The notes under the pieces were generated by a model. It was not told the DNA's origin and did not search any database. It saw nothing but the letters and a program-made list of their open reading frames with translations. A stretch of 64,000 bases of DNA, taken from NCBI GenBank assembly GCA_025358455.1, contig JANYJP010000052.1, positions 8,643-72,642 of the forward strand. The letters run 5' to 3'. Both the position numbers and the translations under genes were made by a program. The stretch's first letter is position 1. Each line of letters begins with the position of its first letter. This DNA comes from Bacteroidales bacterium (GTDB taxonomy: Bacteria > Bacteroidota > Bacteroidia > Bacteroidales > VadinHA17). Below, one piece after another: positions 1 through 9,905 of this stretch.

Positions 1-93
1 CTTTTCCCCGTTTAACAAAGCCTTTTCTGCAATTTTTACGGCATTCTGTACGCCAAAGCAGAACCCCGATTGTTTATCAATTTCAACTATCAT
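1..93 (-). CDS. ispH: 4-hydroxy-3-methylbut-2-enyl diphosphate reductase, N-terminal part (runs off window)
   Basis: Hand translation MIVEIDKQSGFCFGVQNAVKIAEK has the IspH GFCxGV motif; overlaps the end of cmk, the usual cmk-ispH order. Not in the ORF track. Confidence 0.9.
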   Translation of the reverse strand, partial: MIVEIDKQSGFCFGVQNAVKIAEKALLNGEK

Positions 94-778
94 TCCTTTT
101 TTTTTCAATGATCTGTTTTATCCATACCATCTGTTCTCCTACTGTCATCCTGCTATTATCCAGTATTATTGCATCATCGGCTCTTCTCAGGGGGCTTATA
201 TCCCTGTTCTCATCAGCAATATCACGGGCAATGATAGTTCTTTTAATCTCCTCAAAATCAATAATAATTCCTCTTCCTTTCAATTCATCATGTCTTCTCC
301 TTGCCCTAATATCAACTGACGCTGTCATAAAGATCTTAATATCGGCATCAGGGAAAACGACCGTTCCGATATCTCTGCCATCCATAACAATACCTTTATA
401 AATACCAATCTGTCTTTGTAACTCCACCATACGTGTGCGTACTTCAGGTATCTGGCTTATCCTGCTTACATGAGCCGTTACTTCCATACTCCTTATTTCA
501 TTTTCAACATTTTCGGAGTTTAGAAATGTCTCATATTCATTTATATCCGGATTAAAAATAAAATCTATATTGATATTATTGAGTTCTTTCAGGATTCCAT
601 GAATATCCAAACCTGCGTTACCAATAAATTTCTCTCTCATACAAAAGAGAGTTACAGTACGGTACATTGCTCCGCTATCAATGAAAATGTAATTTAATTC
701 CTTGGCGACAGCTTTTGCAAAAGTGCTTTTTCCACACGAAGAATATCCGTCAATTGCTATAGTAAGCCTTTTTTCCAT
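83..778 (-). CDS. cmk: Cytidylate kinase
   Basis: IAIDGYSSCGKST P-loop, DSGAMYR, MDGRDIGTVVFP; start moved to the ATG at 778 (MEKRLTIAIDG). Confidence 0.95.
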   Translation of the reverse strand: MEKRLTIAIDGYSSCGKSTFAKAVAKELNYIFIDSGAMYRTVTLFCMREKFIGNAGLDIHGILKELNNINIDFIFNPDINEYETFLNSENVENEIRSMEVTAHVSRISQIPEVRTRMVELQRQIGIYKGIVMDGRDIGTVVFPDADIKIFMTASVDIRARRRHDELKGRGIIIDFEEIKRTIIARDIADENRDISPLRRADDAIILDNSRMTVGEQMVWIKQIIEKKRNDS

Positions 779-791
779 ATTTACCCTCTCA

Positions 792-941
792 CCCCCCAAA
801 TGGGGGCTTATTTTAAAATAATTTCTCGAACATTCATTTTTTCTACCCACCTGATATTAAATTAAATAACATCTTTTACAGAATCTCAATCTGTATTTCA
901 TCTAAGCCACCCCTGCCTACCGGCAGGCAGGCATTGGGGGG
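792..941. repeat. Pair of inverted REP-like arms with a 20-bp palindromic element inside the second arm
   Basis: CCCCCCAAATGGGGGCTT (792-809) is the near reverse complement of AAGCCACC/CATTGGGGGG (904-941), which is interrupted by CCTGCCTACCGGCAGGCAGG (912-931). Confidence 0.6.
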
Positions 942-991
942 TAAAAATCCTTACAAAGGTTATAAATAAACTAAAACATATCAAAGGTTAA

Positions 992-2026
992 TCAATTTCG
1001 CGATTTCTTATAAATATTATCAGGTCTTAAAATCAGCGATATATGAGTGGATGATCCGGCAAGATGATAAGTTGCCCTGCCAAGTTCAATGTCCATAACC
1101 GTTGTTTTTATACCGAAACCCCACGATAATCCAACGGTAGATACTTTTGAATCCACCTTTAACTCTCTTCTTCTCTGATAGTTATAGCCTGCGCTGAAAT
1201 AAAAGTTTTTATGAGGTATCAATTCAACTCCAATAACTGCATGCCTCAATAGATTCTCTGTAAATCCTGATGTTACCGGTTTATTTATTCCAGTGGTTGC
1301 AGGTGTTGTATATTGATAGGTAATATCAAATTTTTCCAGATGTTTCATTGTTAAGGAGAATCGGAATGGGGCATGTCCGAGCCTTTGTGAAACACCTGCC
1401 TGAATTTCAAAAGGCAGGTTCTGACGAGGCTCCCCTGCATATGTAGTAACCTGGTAACCAGCATTCTTAATTACAATACCTGCTGAAAAAAGTTTTGCAG
1501 AATTATGCCAGGAGGCACCTAAATCAAAAGCAATGCCGAACGAAGTATATTTTTCAAGATGCGAAAGTATGGGTTTGAAGTTTATACCGAATGTAAAAAG
1601 CGAATCAATCTCCCTTGAATATATCATTGAAAATGCATATTCTGCAGCAGTGAAATCGCCGGTTATAGCGCCTGAAGCGTTGGTTTCTGCAAAGGTTCCG
1701 TAATTGAGATATGTAAGTCCGGCAGCAAAATTACCAGTACCGGGATAGGATCGGGAGTACATAGCCAACCCAAAATTAATACCGGCAAAATAATTTACAT
1801 AATTTAAAGCAAGGGCTTTATTCATATCTGGATTCAGAAGAGCCGGATTATGATATGCCATATTCAGATCATTACCCTGCAACGATACATTCGTTCCTCC
1901 AAGAGATGATACGAGACCTGAATGTGTGAGGTTCAGAAATTCATAGACATTATCGCCGCCAGTTTGAGAAAATGAAGGCGAAATAAGAATACAGAAGAAG
2001 AGAAAAATAATAACCTTTTTTATCAT
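992..2026 (-). CDS. porQ: Type IX secretion system outer-membrane protein PorQ
   Basis: Signal peptide ending SFS-Q, then QTGGDNVYEFLNL...SLGG...NPALL, and GYNYQRRRELKV; PorV/PorQ-type barrel; porQ-cmk neighbourhood typical of Bacteroidota. Confidence 0.85.
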   Translation of the reverse strand: MIKKVIIFLFFCILISPSFSQTGGDNVYEFLNLTHSGLVSSLGGTNVSLQGNDLNMAYHNPALLNPDMNKALALNYVNYFAGINFGLAMYSRSYPGTGNFAAGLTYLNYGTFAETNASGAITGDFTAAEYAFSMIYSREIDSLFTFGINFKPILSHLEKYTSFGIAFDLGASWHNSAKLFSAGIVIKNAGYQVTTYAGEPRQNLPFEIQAGVSQRLGHAPFRFSLTMKHLEKFDITYQYTTPATTGINKPVTSGFTENLLRHAVIGVELIPHKNFYFSAGYNYQRRRELKVDSKVSTVGLSWGFGIKTTVMDIELGRATYHLAGSSTHISLILRPDNIYKKSRN

Positions 2027-2121
2027 AGTTGCCAATCCAAACCAAAGATAAAATGATTTATTTAAACAGAAACACCTTGAAGGTTAGTATTAATCAACCA
2101 GGCAAAAGTAACAGCATCAGG

Positions 2122-3051
2122 TCAGGCAGTTTTGCCGGTAAGTACAAGGGCTTCATCAATATTCGATTTTCTTCCGTTCATTTGCGACATAACCAGACCG
2201 GCAATTACGATAGCCATGCCAAGAATGTTCTGAAAGGTAAGTTTTTCATCGAGCAGAACAAATGAGAACAGGGCCGTGAAAACGGGAATACAATTTGAGA
2301 ATACATTTGCTTTTGTTATACCCATTTTACCGACAGAATACGCAAAAAGAATAAAGGCTCCGCATGATGCAAAAAAGGCCAGCTCTATTATCGGCTTAAA
2401 CATATTGAAGGTAAAAGGAGTACTGAAAAAATGATGGAAATCGAGAATTATAAAGAGGGGCAGAAAAAGAACGGCGCCGATCAGATTCTGAACACCGACA
2501 ATGAAAACCGGACTATAGTTTCCTATAAGCCGGCTAAGAGTCAGATTATATCCCACAGCAGTGATAACGGCAAGCAACAGGAAGCCCAATCCTTTTATAT
2601 TAAATGAGAGACTTCCATCTTTGTTCAAAATAAAAACAAGTACTCCAATAAAAGACAGTATGATCCCCCCGTAATTTATAGCCTTGAGTCTTTCCTTAAA
2701 GATCAGCCAGGCACCTATAGTTGCAACAACCGGTATTGTTGAGATTAACACCGAACATACTGTTGCTGATACATAAGTAAGTCCGAAACTCTCCCCGATA
2801 AAATAGAAGAAAGGTTCAAATAAGGCCAGCATCATAAAAAGTCTTCTGTCAGGCTTCTTTATTTTCACGAGGTTTTTTGTCGCAATCAGGAAAATGGCCA
2901 TGATAATAACTGAAAAAAGAAGCCTTATAAAAACTATTGTAAGCGGGTAAAAAGTTTTGTTTGCTTCCTTGAACCAGATGAATGAAAATGACCAGAATAT
3001 CATTGCCAGCACTACAGCACTATATGTCTTAACTTTAGAATTCAATTTCAT
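2122..3051 (-). CDS. DMT/EamA family transporter
   Basis: About 10 hydrophobic segments in two EamA-like repeats (IFWSFSF...IRLL; FKERL; LDEKL). Confidence 0.9.
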   Translation of the reverse strand: MKLNSKVKTYSAVVLAMIFWSFSFIWFKEANKTFYPLTIVFIRLLFSVIIMAIFLIATKNLVKIKKPDRRLFMMLALFEPFFYFIGESFGLTYVSATVCSVLISTIPVVATIGAWLIFKERLKAINYGGIILSFIGVLVFILNKDGSLSFNIKGLGFLLLAVITAVGYNLTLSRLIGNYSPVFIVGVQNLIGAVLFLPLFIILDFHHFFSTPFTFNMFKPIIELAFFASCGAFILFAYSVGKMGITKANVFSNCIPVFTALFSFVLLDEKLTFQNILGMAIVIAGLVMSQMNGRKSNIDEALVLTGKTA

Positions 3052-3257
3052 TAATTTAATTTGTCCGTGTTTTTCAGAGTTGCGAATTTAAATCTAATAA
3101 AAGTAATTGTAAGTGATAATTACTACATTTTTAAAATTAATTATTTCTTTCGACCACTCTTTTTTATTGGCTTTTTGACATTCATTAATGAACAGTAGCA
3201 AAGACAATTAAAATAATGGTTAGTTTCGAACATGCTATTAATATGATATATTTGAGA

Positions 3258-3288
3258 TTTGATAGTGAATCATAAATTATTATATTTG
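3258..3288 (+). promoter_or_regulatory. Bacteroidota primary-sigma promoter of etfB (-33 TTTG / -7 TATATTTG)
   Basis: TTTG at 3258-3261, 19-nt spacer, TATATTTG at 3281-3288; matches TTTG-N19-21-TAnnTTTG. Confidence 0.6.
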
Positions 3289-3369
3289 CCGCCTCAATGG
3301 TTGTAAAAACGCCATGATTATTCTATTAACCTGTTTAAGATAAGTTAAATAACTAATATCAAAGTTTAA

Positions 3370-4119
3370 ATGAAAATTCTGGTTTGTATCAGTAATGTTC
3401 CCGACACAACGACAAAAATTAAATTTGCCGAAGGAAATACCTCCATTGACACTACCGGTATTCAGTGGGTTATAAACCCATGGGACGAATTATCTCTTAC
3501 CCGTGCTCTTGAACTTAAAGATGATGCAACAAGTGGAGTAAAATCCGTAACTGTTGTGCATGTTGGTACTGCAAGCTCCGAACCAACAATCCGTAAAGCG
3601 CTTGCCATAGGCGCAGATGATGCTATAAGGGTAAATGCCGAATCGTCCGATGCATGGTTTGTTGCAGCCCAGATTGCTGAGGTGGCCAAAAAGGAACAGT
3701 TTGATATCATTATATGTGGAATTGAATCAAGTGATTTTAATGGCTCGGCAGTTGGAGGGATGATCTCTGAATTTCTTGGGATTCCTTCAGTTTCAGCTGT
3801 TTCAAGCCTTAAAATTGAAAATGGACAGCCTGTTATGACCCGCGAAATTGACGGTGGTAAAGAAGTTGTTAATGTTCAGGCTCCCTTTGTTGCAATAGTT
3901 CAGAAGGGTATTGCCAAAGAACCGCGGATTGCTGCAATGCGTGGAATAATGATGGCTAGAACAAAACCCGTTAAATTAATGGAACCGCTTGCAATTGAGC
4001 CGCTTACTCAGATCATTGAGTTTGAAAAACCAACTCCCAGGGCAGCTTGTAAATATATTGATGCAGATAATCCTGCGCAGCTTATTGATCTTTTGCAGAA
4101 TGAGGCAAAGGTTATCTGA
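3370..4119 (+). CDS. etfB: Electron transfer flavoprotein beta subunit
   Basis: MKILVCISNVPDT, INPWDE, ALAIGADDA, REIDGG, EPR motifs. Confidence 0.95.
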   Translation: MKILVCISNVPDTTTKIKFAEGNTSIDTTGIQWVINPWDELSLTRALELKDDATSGVKSVTVVHVGTASSEPTIRKALAIGADDAIRVNAESSDAWFVAAQIAEVAKKEQFDIIICGIESSDFNGSAVGGMISEFLGIPSVSAVSSLKIENGQPVMTREIDGGKEVVNVQAPFVAIVQKGIAKEPRIAAMRGIMMARTKPVKLMEPLAIEPLTQIIEFEKPTPRAACKYIDADNPAQLIDLLQNEAKVI

Positions 4120-4151
4120 TAATTAGTTAAAAAACAGTAAATCATTACAAT

Positions 4152-5120
4152 ATGTCAGTATTAGTATATACCGAGAATTGGGAAGGAAAATTCAAAAAAC
4201 TTTCTTTCGAGCTTGTCTCTTACGCTAGCGGAGTTGCTAAAATGCTTAACACAACTGTAACCGCGGTTTCAATAGGAAAGGTAGAAGATAATGAATTGAA
4301 AAGACTGGGGAATTGTGGTGCTAACAAAATTATCAATATAATTAATGATCAATTGATCACCCTTGATAATCAGGCTTATGCAAGTGTAATTTCTGACATT
4401 TCGAAAAAGGAAAATGCAACTGTTATTATTATTTCAAATAACAATACTGGTAAAGCAATTGCCCCGCGATTATCAGTGCGATTGAAGGCAGGCGTGGGTT
4501 CGGGTGTAAGCAGACTTCCATTAAATATAAATCCTTTCACGGTATACAAAAGAACTTATTCAGGCAACGCGTTTGCTCACCTGGTAATTAAATCAGATGT
4601 TAAAATACTAACTCTTGCCCAGAACTCTTTTGACCTGATCGAAACTGCAAATAATGCTTCAATTGAAAATTTGAATGTATCTGTTGACGGATCATTGGTT
4701 AAGACTTCGGTAAAGGATGTTCAGAAACAATCCGGTAAAATCCTTCTTACAGATGCAGATATAGTTGTTTCAGGAGGAAGGGGAATGAAATCTCCCGACA
4801 ACTGGCCGCCTCTGGTAGAGCTTGCAACATTACTTGGCGCAGCTACTGCATGCTCACGTCCGGTTTCTGATGAAGGATGGAGGCCTCACGAAGAGCATAC
4901 AGGACAAACGGGCAAAATCATAGCGCCAAACCTATATATTGCCGTTGGTATTTCAGGTGCAACACAACACCTTGCCGGTATCAGTTCATCGAAATTTATC
5001 GTTGCAATCAATAGCGATAAAGATGCCCCGATATTTCAGGCAGCTCAGTATGGTATTGTCGGCGACGCAATGAAAATTATTCCTAAACTGGTATCTGCTG
5101 TAAAAGAGATCAGGAAGTAA
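4152..5120 (+). CDS. etfA: Electron transfer flavoprotein alpha subunit
   Basis: [47 protein letters not shown]-binding motifs. Confidence 0.95.
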   Translation: MSVLVYTENWEGKFKKLSFELVSYASGVAKMLNTTVTAVSIGKVEDNELKRLGNCGANKIINIINDQLITLDNQAYASVISDISKKENATVIIISNNNTGKAIAPRLSVRLKAGVGSGVSRLPLNINPFTVYKRTYSGNAFAHLVIKSDVKILTLAQNSFDLIETANNASIENLNVSVDGSLVKTSVKDVQKQSGKILLTDADIVVSGGRGMKSPDNWPPLVELATLLGAATACSRPVSDEGWRPHEEHTGQTGKIIAPNLYIAVGISGATQHLAGISSSKFIVAINSDKDAPIFQAAQYGIVGDAMKIIPKLVSAVKEIRK

Positions 5121-5137
5121 GAAACAGAGCTAAATCT

Positions 5138-6457
5138 ATGACGAAACAGATAATATTTGCAATAACGCTACTGCTGACATTAGGAGCCTTCGCTTATACA
5201 GTTAACAGGATTGTAAGCTTTTTCAGATTTACCAGACCGGCATTTCCTGTTAAAAATTTCGGAAAGAGATTCGGAGTAATGATGAATGTTGCTTTTGGAC
5301 AAACAAAAATATTCCGTAAACCCGTTATCGGATTTTTTCATGCACTGGTTTTCTGGGGTTTTTGCATAATCATTTTCGGAAGTCTTGAGATGCTGATTGA
5401 TGGACTAACCGGTACAGAAAGAGTTCTGAAGGCGCTTGGACCTGTATATAATATTATTATGGCTTCAGGCGATATCTTTGCCCTGCTTGTTGCAGTATCG
5501 ATAATTATTTTCCTGGCAAGAAGAATTTTCTTTCACATAAAAAGATTTGAAGGTATCGAGATGAATAAAATGACTCATATCGATGCAAATATTGCTCTTT
5601 CAATCATCCTGATTCTGATGATTTCACTACTTACAATGAATATCGGATATGTTAAATATAACTCACAGATAGGTGAGGCTACAGTAGGATTGTTTCCTGT
5701 GAGCTCATTGATTGCGGGTTTTATTACTGAAGGACAGGCAGAAAGTTTCAGTCTGATGTATCAGGCATCATGGTGGTGTCATATTCTGCTTATATTCCTG
5801 TTTGCCAACCTGTTGCCGTATTCAAAGCATTTCCATGTATTCATGTCGGTGCCAAATGTATTTCTATCAAGGCTTGATCCCCTCGGAAAACTTCCAAATA
5901 TGGACAGCATTACAAGAGAAGTAAAACTTATGCTTGACCCGAATGCAGCTTTTGCAGCGCAACCTTCTGATGCACCTGTAGAACGTTTTGGTGTAAAAGA
6001 CGCGGAAGATGCTTCCTGGAAAAACTATTTTGACTCCTTATCATGTACACAGTGCGGTCGCTGTACCTCTGTGTGCCCGGCAAATATCACTGGTAAGAAA
6101 TTGTCGCCAAGGAAAATTATGATGGACCTTCGTGCAAGGATGAAAGAGAAAGGGCCTCTGATGGTTAAAAACGGAAGGGATTTCAGTGACAACCGTTCTC
6201 TGCTGAGAGATTTTATTTCGGAGGAGGAAATATGGGCCTGTACAACATGCAATGCCTGCGCGAAAGAGTGTCCTATAAATATCAACCATCCGACTTTGAT
6301 TGTTGATATTCGCAGGTACCTCGTTATGGAAGAAGCTTCTGCTCCGGGTGAGATAAAAGCTATGTTTAATAATATTGAGAATAACGGCGCTCCCTGGCAA
6401 TACTCGGCTGAGGACAGGCTTAACTGGGCAAAAGAGTTAGACATTAATATGAAATAA
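5138..6457 (+). CDS. FadF/EMO-like oxidoreductase, membrane heme b + 2x[4Fe-4S] half
   Basis: Multiple TM helices with His (FHALVFWGF, WWCHILL, SKHFHVF), then CTQCGRCTSVCP and CTTCNACAKECP; follows etfBA. Confidence 0.85.
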   Translation: MTKQIIFAITLLLTLGAFAYTVNRIVSFFRFTRPAFPVKNFGKRFGVMMNVAFGQTKIFRKPVIGFFHALVFWGFCIIIFGSLEMLIDGLTGTERVLKALGPVYNIIMASGDIFALLVAVSIIIFLARRIFFHIKRFEGIEMNKMTHIDANIALSIILILMISLLTMNIGYVKYNSQIGEATVGLFPVSSLIAGFITEGQAESFSLMYQASWWCHILLIFLFANLLPYSKHFHVFMSVPNVFLSRLDPLGKLPNMDSITREVKLMLDPNAAFAAQPSDAPVERFGVKDAEDASWKNYFDSLSCTQCGRCTSVCPANITGKKLSPRKIMMDLRARMKEKGPLMVKNGRDFSDNRSLLRDFISEEEIWACTTCNACAKECPININHPTLIVDIRRYLVMEEASAPGEIKAMFNNIENNGAPWQYSAEDRLNWAKELDINMK

Positions 6458-6520
6458 CCCCCATCCCTCCCGACAGTTATCGGGACTTTCCCACCCTGGG
6501 GGGAAATCTGAAAGGGGGTA
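6456..6520. repeat. REP-like GC hairpin with a nested 18-bp palindrome
   Basis: TCCCGA-CAGTTA-TCGGGA (6468-6485) lies inside CCCCCATCCC/CTTTCCCACCCTGGGGGGAAA...AAAGGGGG. Confidence 0.55.
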
Positions 6521-6575
6521 ATTAATATCAGTTTAACTAATTAATTAGAAAAGCATCATAAAAGAATAGAGATAT

Positions 6576-7370
6576 ATGGAAACCCGGAAAATTGATGTCC
6601 CAGTTATGGCAGAACTCTTAGCGGGAGGAGAGAAGCCGGAATACCTGTTCTGGGTAGGTTGCGCCGGAGCATTTGATGACAGGTATAAGAAAGTAGTCAG
6701 GTCATTTGCAAAGATCCTCACACATTTAAATGTAAGTTATGCAGTTCTGGGAAAGGAAGAAACCTGTACCGGTGATCCCGCCAGACGTGCCGGAAACGAA
6801 ATGCTTTATCAGATGCAGGCACTGCAGGTAATTGAGATCTTCAAAAGGTATGAAGTGAAGAAGATAATCACAATATGTCCACATTGTTTCAATATTTTTA
6901 AAAATGAATATCCTGATCTGGGCGGCAAATATGAAGTGATAAATTATCTTCAGTTTCTGAACAGGAATATTGAGGGGGGAAAATTAAAAATTGATCCCCT
7001 CGGATTGAAAAATATATCTGTAACATATCACGATCCATGTTATCTCGGAAGGGCAAATGATGTTTATGATGAACCGCGTGCCATTCTGAAAAAGCTTACC
7101 GGGAACCTGGTCGAGATGCAAAGGAACAAAAGCTTTTCTTTATGTTGTGGAGCAGGAGGTGCGCAGATGTTTAAAGAGGCTGAGAAAGGTGACAAGGAAG
7201 TATTTATCGAGAGAACGGAAGACGCACTGAAGACGGATGCGAAAGTAATTGCAACCGCGTGTCCTTTCTGCATGACCATGCTGACAGATGGTCTGAAATA
7301 TAAAAACAAAGAGGAAGAAATAAAAAACCTTGATATTGCAGAATTGATAGCACAATCGCTGGAATTATAG
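6576..7370 (+). CDS. FadF/EMO-like oxidoreductase, CCG-domain Fe-S half
   Basis: YLFWVGC, ETCTGD, ICPHC, YHDPCYLGR, LCCGAGG, TACPFC (HdrB/HdrD-type CCG domains). Confidence 0.88.
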   Translation: METRKIDVPVMAELLAGGEKPEYLFWVGCAGAFDDRYKKVVRSFAKILTHLNVSYAVLGKEETCTGDPARRAGNEMLYQMQALQVIEIFKRYEVKKIITICPHCFNIFKNEYPDLGGKYEVINYLQFLNRNIEGGKLKIDPLGLKNISVTYHDPCYLGRANDVYDEPRAILKKLTGNLVEMQRNKSFSLCCGAGGAQMFKEAEKGDKEVFIERTEDALKTDAKVIATACPFCMTMLTDGLKYKNKEEEIKNLDIAELIAQSLEL

Positions 7371-7396
7371 ATTAATAGAAATAATTATCTGATACA

Positions 7397-9175
7397 ATGG
7401 AAAACAGTAAACTCTTGAAAAGCGGTGAATTTCTTGTTAGCGAAGTTGAATCGAAAGATATATTCATTCCTGAGGAATTTAACGAGGAACAGAGAATGAT
7501 TGCCCAGACATGCAGCGACTTTCTTGAAGCTGAGGTATATCCCAATCTTGAAAAGGTTGAGAAAAGCGACAGGGAGCTGATGAAAAGCATGCTGAAAAAG
7601 TCCGGTGAACTAGGATTAATGGGAATATCTATTCCCGAAGAGTTTGGAGGTTTCGGACAATCGTTTGTAACACAAATGCTTGTTGCTGAGACAACCGGTG
7701 CAGGATATTCATTTTCAGTTGCATACATGGCACATTGCGGCATCGGCACTTTACCGATAATGTACTATGGGAACAAATTTCAGAGAGAACATTATGTTAC
7801 GAAACTGGCATCAGGTGAATTTATCGGAGCGTATTGTCTTACTGAACCCGGTGCAGGAAGCGACGCAAATTCAGGAAAAACCAATGCAAAATTAAGTGAT
7901 GACGGGAAACACTATATTCTCAATGGTCAGAAAATGTGGATTACAAATGCCGGATTTGCTGATACACTTGTAGTTTTTGCCAAAATTGATACCGACAGGG
8001 TATTAAGCGCCTTTATAGTTGAAAGTAAATACGCTGGTGTTGTTATTGGTCCCGATGAACATAAAATGGGAATCAAAGGATCTTCAACAGCACAGATCTA
8101 TTTTAATGATGTAAGAGTTCCGGTTGAAAATATGCTTGGCAAAAGAGGTGAGGGCTTCAGGATTGCACTGAGCATTCTTCATATGGGCCGCCTGAAACTT
8201 GGAGCTAATGTCATTGGAGCCGGAAAGAAAGCAATTAATGATTCAGTAAAGTATGCTAACGAAAGGAAACAGTTTGGAGTTCTCATTTCAACCTTTGGCG
8301 CTCTGAAACATAAAATGGCAGAACAGGTAATCCGTCTTTTCGCTTCAGAATCAGCCGTATACAGAGTAAGCAGCGATATTGATACTCTTATGAAGAAGCT
8401 GACAGTTGATTGCGGAGACTATGGAAGAGCTTCAATCGAAGCTATCAGCCACTATGCTGTTGAGGCAGCAATTCTTAAAGTTGTGGGATCCGAAATGCTT
8501 GATTTTATTGCTGATGAGGCAGTTCAGATACATGGAGGTATGGGGTACTCTGCTGAAATGGCAGTTGAAAGGGGATACCGCGATTCGAGGATTAACAGAA
8601 TCTTTGAAGGAACAAATGAAATAAACCGCCTTCTTGTTGTTGACACTGCCATGAAACGCGCTATGAAAGGTGATTTTGATCTTTATGGTGAGGCGGAAAA
8701 ACTTTATACGGGTCTGAATAGTATTACTGATGGAAAAACTGCAGAAGAAAGTTTCTTCCGGGAGAAAACGAGATATACCAAAAACTTCAAGAAAGCTATA
8801 CTTATCTGTATTCATGGCGCGACCAAACGATTCGGGAAAGGTCTCATTAACGAACAGGAGGTTTTAAATAATATTGCTGAAATGATGATGGAAACTTATG
8901 TTTCTGAATCACTTGCACTCAGAGTCGAAAAAATGTCAGCAATTAAAGAAAATGTATCAGTCTATAAAGATATGCTTGACGTTAATATATCCGATACAGC
9001 GGGTATCGTCAGAAAATCTGCCCTGGAGGCAATCGGCTCATTCTCAACGCCTGAATCATGCCAGTCACTCATCAACGCAATTGAAAATCTTACCCGGGTG
9101 AAATGTGTAAATGTGAAAGATGCCAGAAGGCGAATCGCTGATAAACTAATTGAAGACAATAGTTACAAATTCTGA
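7397..9175 (+). CDS. Acyl-CoA dehydrogenase (long form, 592 aa)
   Basis: AYCLTEPGAGSD, NGQKMWITN, KMGIKGSST, RKQFG, QIHGGMGY, RIFEGTNEINR. Confidence 0.95.
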   Translation: MENSKLLKSGEFLVSEVESKDIFIPEEFNEEQRMIAQTCSDFLEAEVYPNLEKVEKSDRELMKSMLKKSGELGLMGISIPEEFGGFGQSFVTQMLVAETTGAGYSFSVAYMAHCGIGTLPIMYYGNKFQREHYVTKLASGEFIGAYCLTEPGAGSDANSGKTNAKLSDDGKHYILNGQKMWITNAGFADTLVVFAKIDTDRVLSAFIVESKYAGVVIGPDEHKMGIKGSSTAQIYFNDVRVPVENMLGKRGEGFRIALSILHMGRLKLGANVIGAGKKAINDSVKYANERKQFGVLISTFGALKHKMAEQVIRLFASESAVYRVSSDIDTLMKKLTVDCGDYGRASIEAISHYAVEAAILKVVGSEMLDFIADEAVQIHGGMGYSAEMAVERGYRDSRINRIFEGTNEINRLLVVDTAMKRAMKGDFDLYGEAEKLYTGLNSITDGKTAEESFFREKTRYTKNFKKAILICIHGATKRFGKGLINEQEVLNNIAEMMMETYVSESLALRVEKMSAIKENVSVYKDMLDVNISDTAGIVRKSALEAIGSFSTPESCQSLINAIENLTRVKCVNVKDARRRIADKLIEDNSYKF

Positions 9176-9195
9176 GTATCAGTATAAATAAAGGA

Positions 9196-9229
9196 ATAAA
9201 AAAATGGCTTCTCAGGAAGCCTTTTTTAT
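9196..9229 (+). terminator. Intrinsic terminator ending the etf/acyl-CoA dehydrogenase operon
   Basis: GGCTTC-TCAG-GAAGCC stem, A-tract before and T-tract after. Confidence 0.8.
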
Positions 9230-9352
9230 GCGGTAAAGCAGGATACCGGTTATGTACAGCTGTCCGGCTTGCCGGACGTACAAATAGTTCAGCGACTGAA
9301 TGATCGATGAATAAGATACCAGTTGGATCATTACCCTTTGTAAATTTGGACA

Positions 9353-9410
9353 AAAATATATATCATCCGGTTAAGTGACATAGATCAATTTTCAATGTGA
9401 TAAAGAGCAT
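9353..9410. promoter_or_regulatory. Three Crp/Fnr-type boxes at 22-bp spacing upstream of the cytochrome operon
   Basis: AAAAT-atat-ATCAT (9353), GTGAC-atag-ATCAA (9375), GTGAT-aaag-AGCAT (9397); compare the FNR consensus TTGAT-N4-ATCAA. Confidence 0.65.
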
Positions 9411-9464
9411 GGCATTGTAGTCAATTTTGTTGTTCATAAGGTCCTAATTATCATCGTAATCTGA

Positions 9465-9472
9465 TATCTTTG
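9465..9472 (+). promoter_or_regulatory. -7 promoter element of the cytochrome operon
   Basis: TATCTTTG (TAnnTTTG), 25 nt before the ATG at 9498. Confidence 0.6.
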
Positions 9473-9497
9473 TGAACAAATTAACACTAACAAAAAT

Positions 9498-9875
9498 ATG
9501 AATCAGAGAGTAAATAGGATCAGACAGATACTGGTTGCATTAGTAATGATAGCAGCAGTTGTAGGATTTTCTTCGTGTGAAAAGTATTCATATACTCCAC
9601 CTGCAGTTAATTCGAATACAACATGGCATTTTCAAACGGACATCCAGCCAATATTCAATTCTAATTGCGTTTCTTGTCATGGTGGCACTCAATCCCCAAA
9701 CCTGAGCAGCGGCAAATCTTTTGAAGCGCTTAAAAATGGCGGGTTTGTTAAGCTTCCAGCTGAAACGGGCAGACTCTATTTAAAAATGAACAGCTCCAGT
9801 CATATTTCAAGATCTACTGAGACAGACAGACTGAAAGTTCTATATTGGATTACTCAGGGAGCCCTCAATAATTAA
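9498..9875 (+). CDS. Monoheme c-type cytochrome lipoprotein
   Basis: Lipobox FSS-C; DIQPIF..NCVSCH..P.L and C-terminal WITQGA, similar to planctomycete-type cytochrome c domains. Confidence 0.8.
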   Translation: MNQRVNRIRQILVALVMIAAVVGFSSCEKYSYTPPAVNSNTTWHFQTDIQPIFNSNCVSCHGGTQSPNLSSGKSFEALKNGGFVKLPAETGRLYLKMNSSSHISRSTETDRLKVLYWITQGALNN

Positions 9876-9905
9876 AAATAACCAAACCAGATAAAACCGA
9901 TTGAT

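Noticed and set aside
779-850. N-terminal extension of cmk in the ORF track (similar extensions on birA, lon, parB, aspA, capA and the glutaminyl cyclase)
   Set aside because: The extensions run through repeats, promoters or neighbouring genes. Family motifs begin at the downstream ATGs used in the feature list.
3259-3273. TTGAT-agtga-ATCAT upstream of etfB (and ATGAC-aagga-ATCAC at 13086-13100) as Fnr boxes
   Set aside because: The spacer is 5 nt rather than 4, so they cannot be used to place the etf operon in the Crp/Fnr regulon.
9252-9282. GC hairpin GTCCGGC-TT-GCCGGAC upstream of the cytochrome operon as a riboswitch
   Set aside because: It is a single stem upstream of the putative promoter, with no recognisable aptamer consensus.
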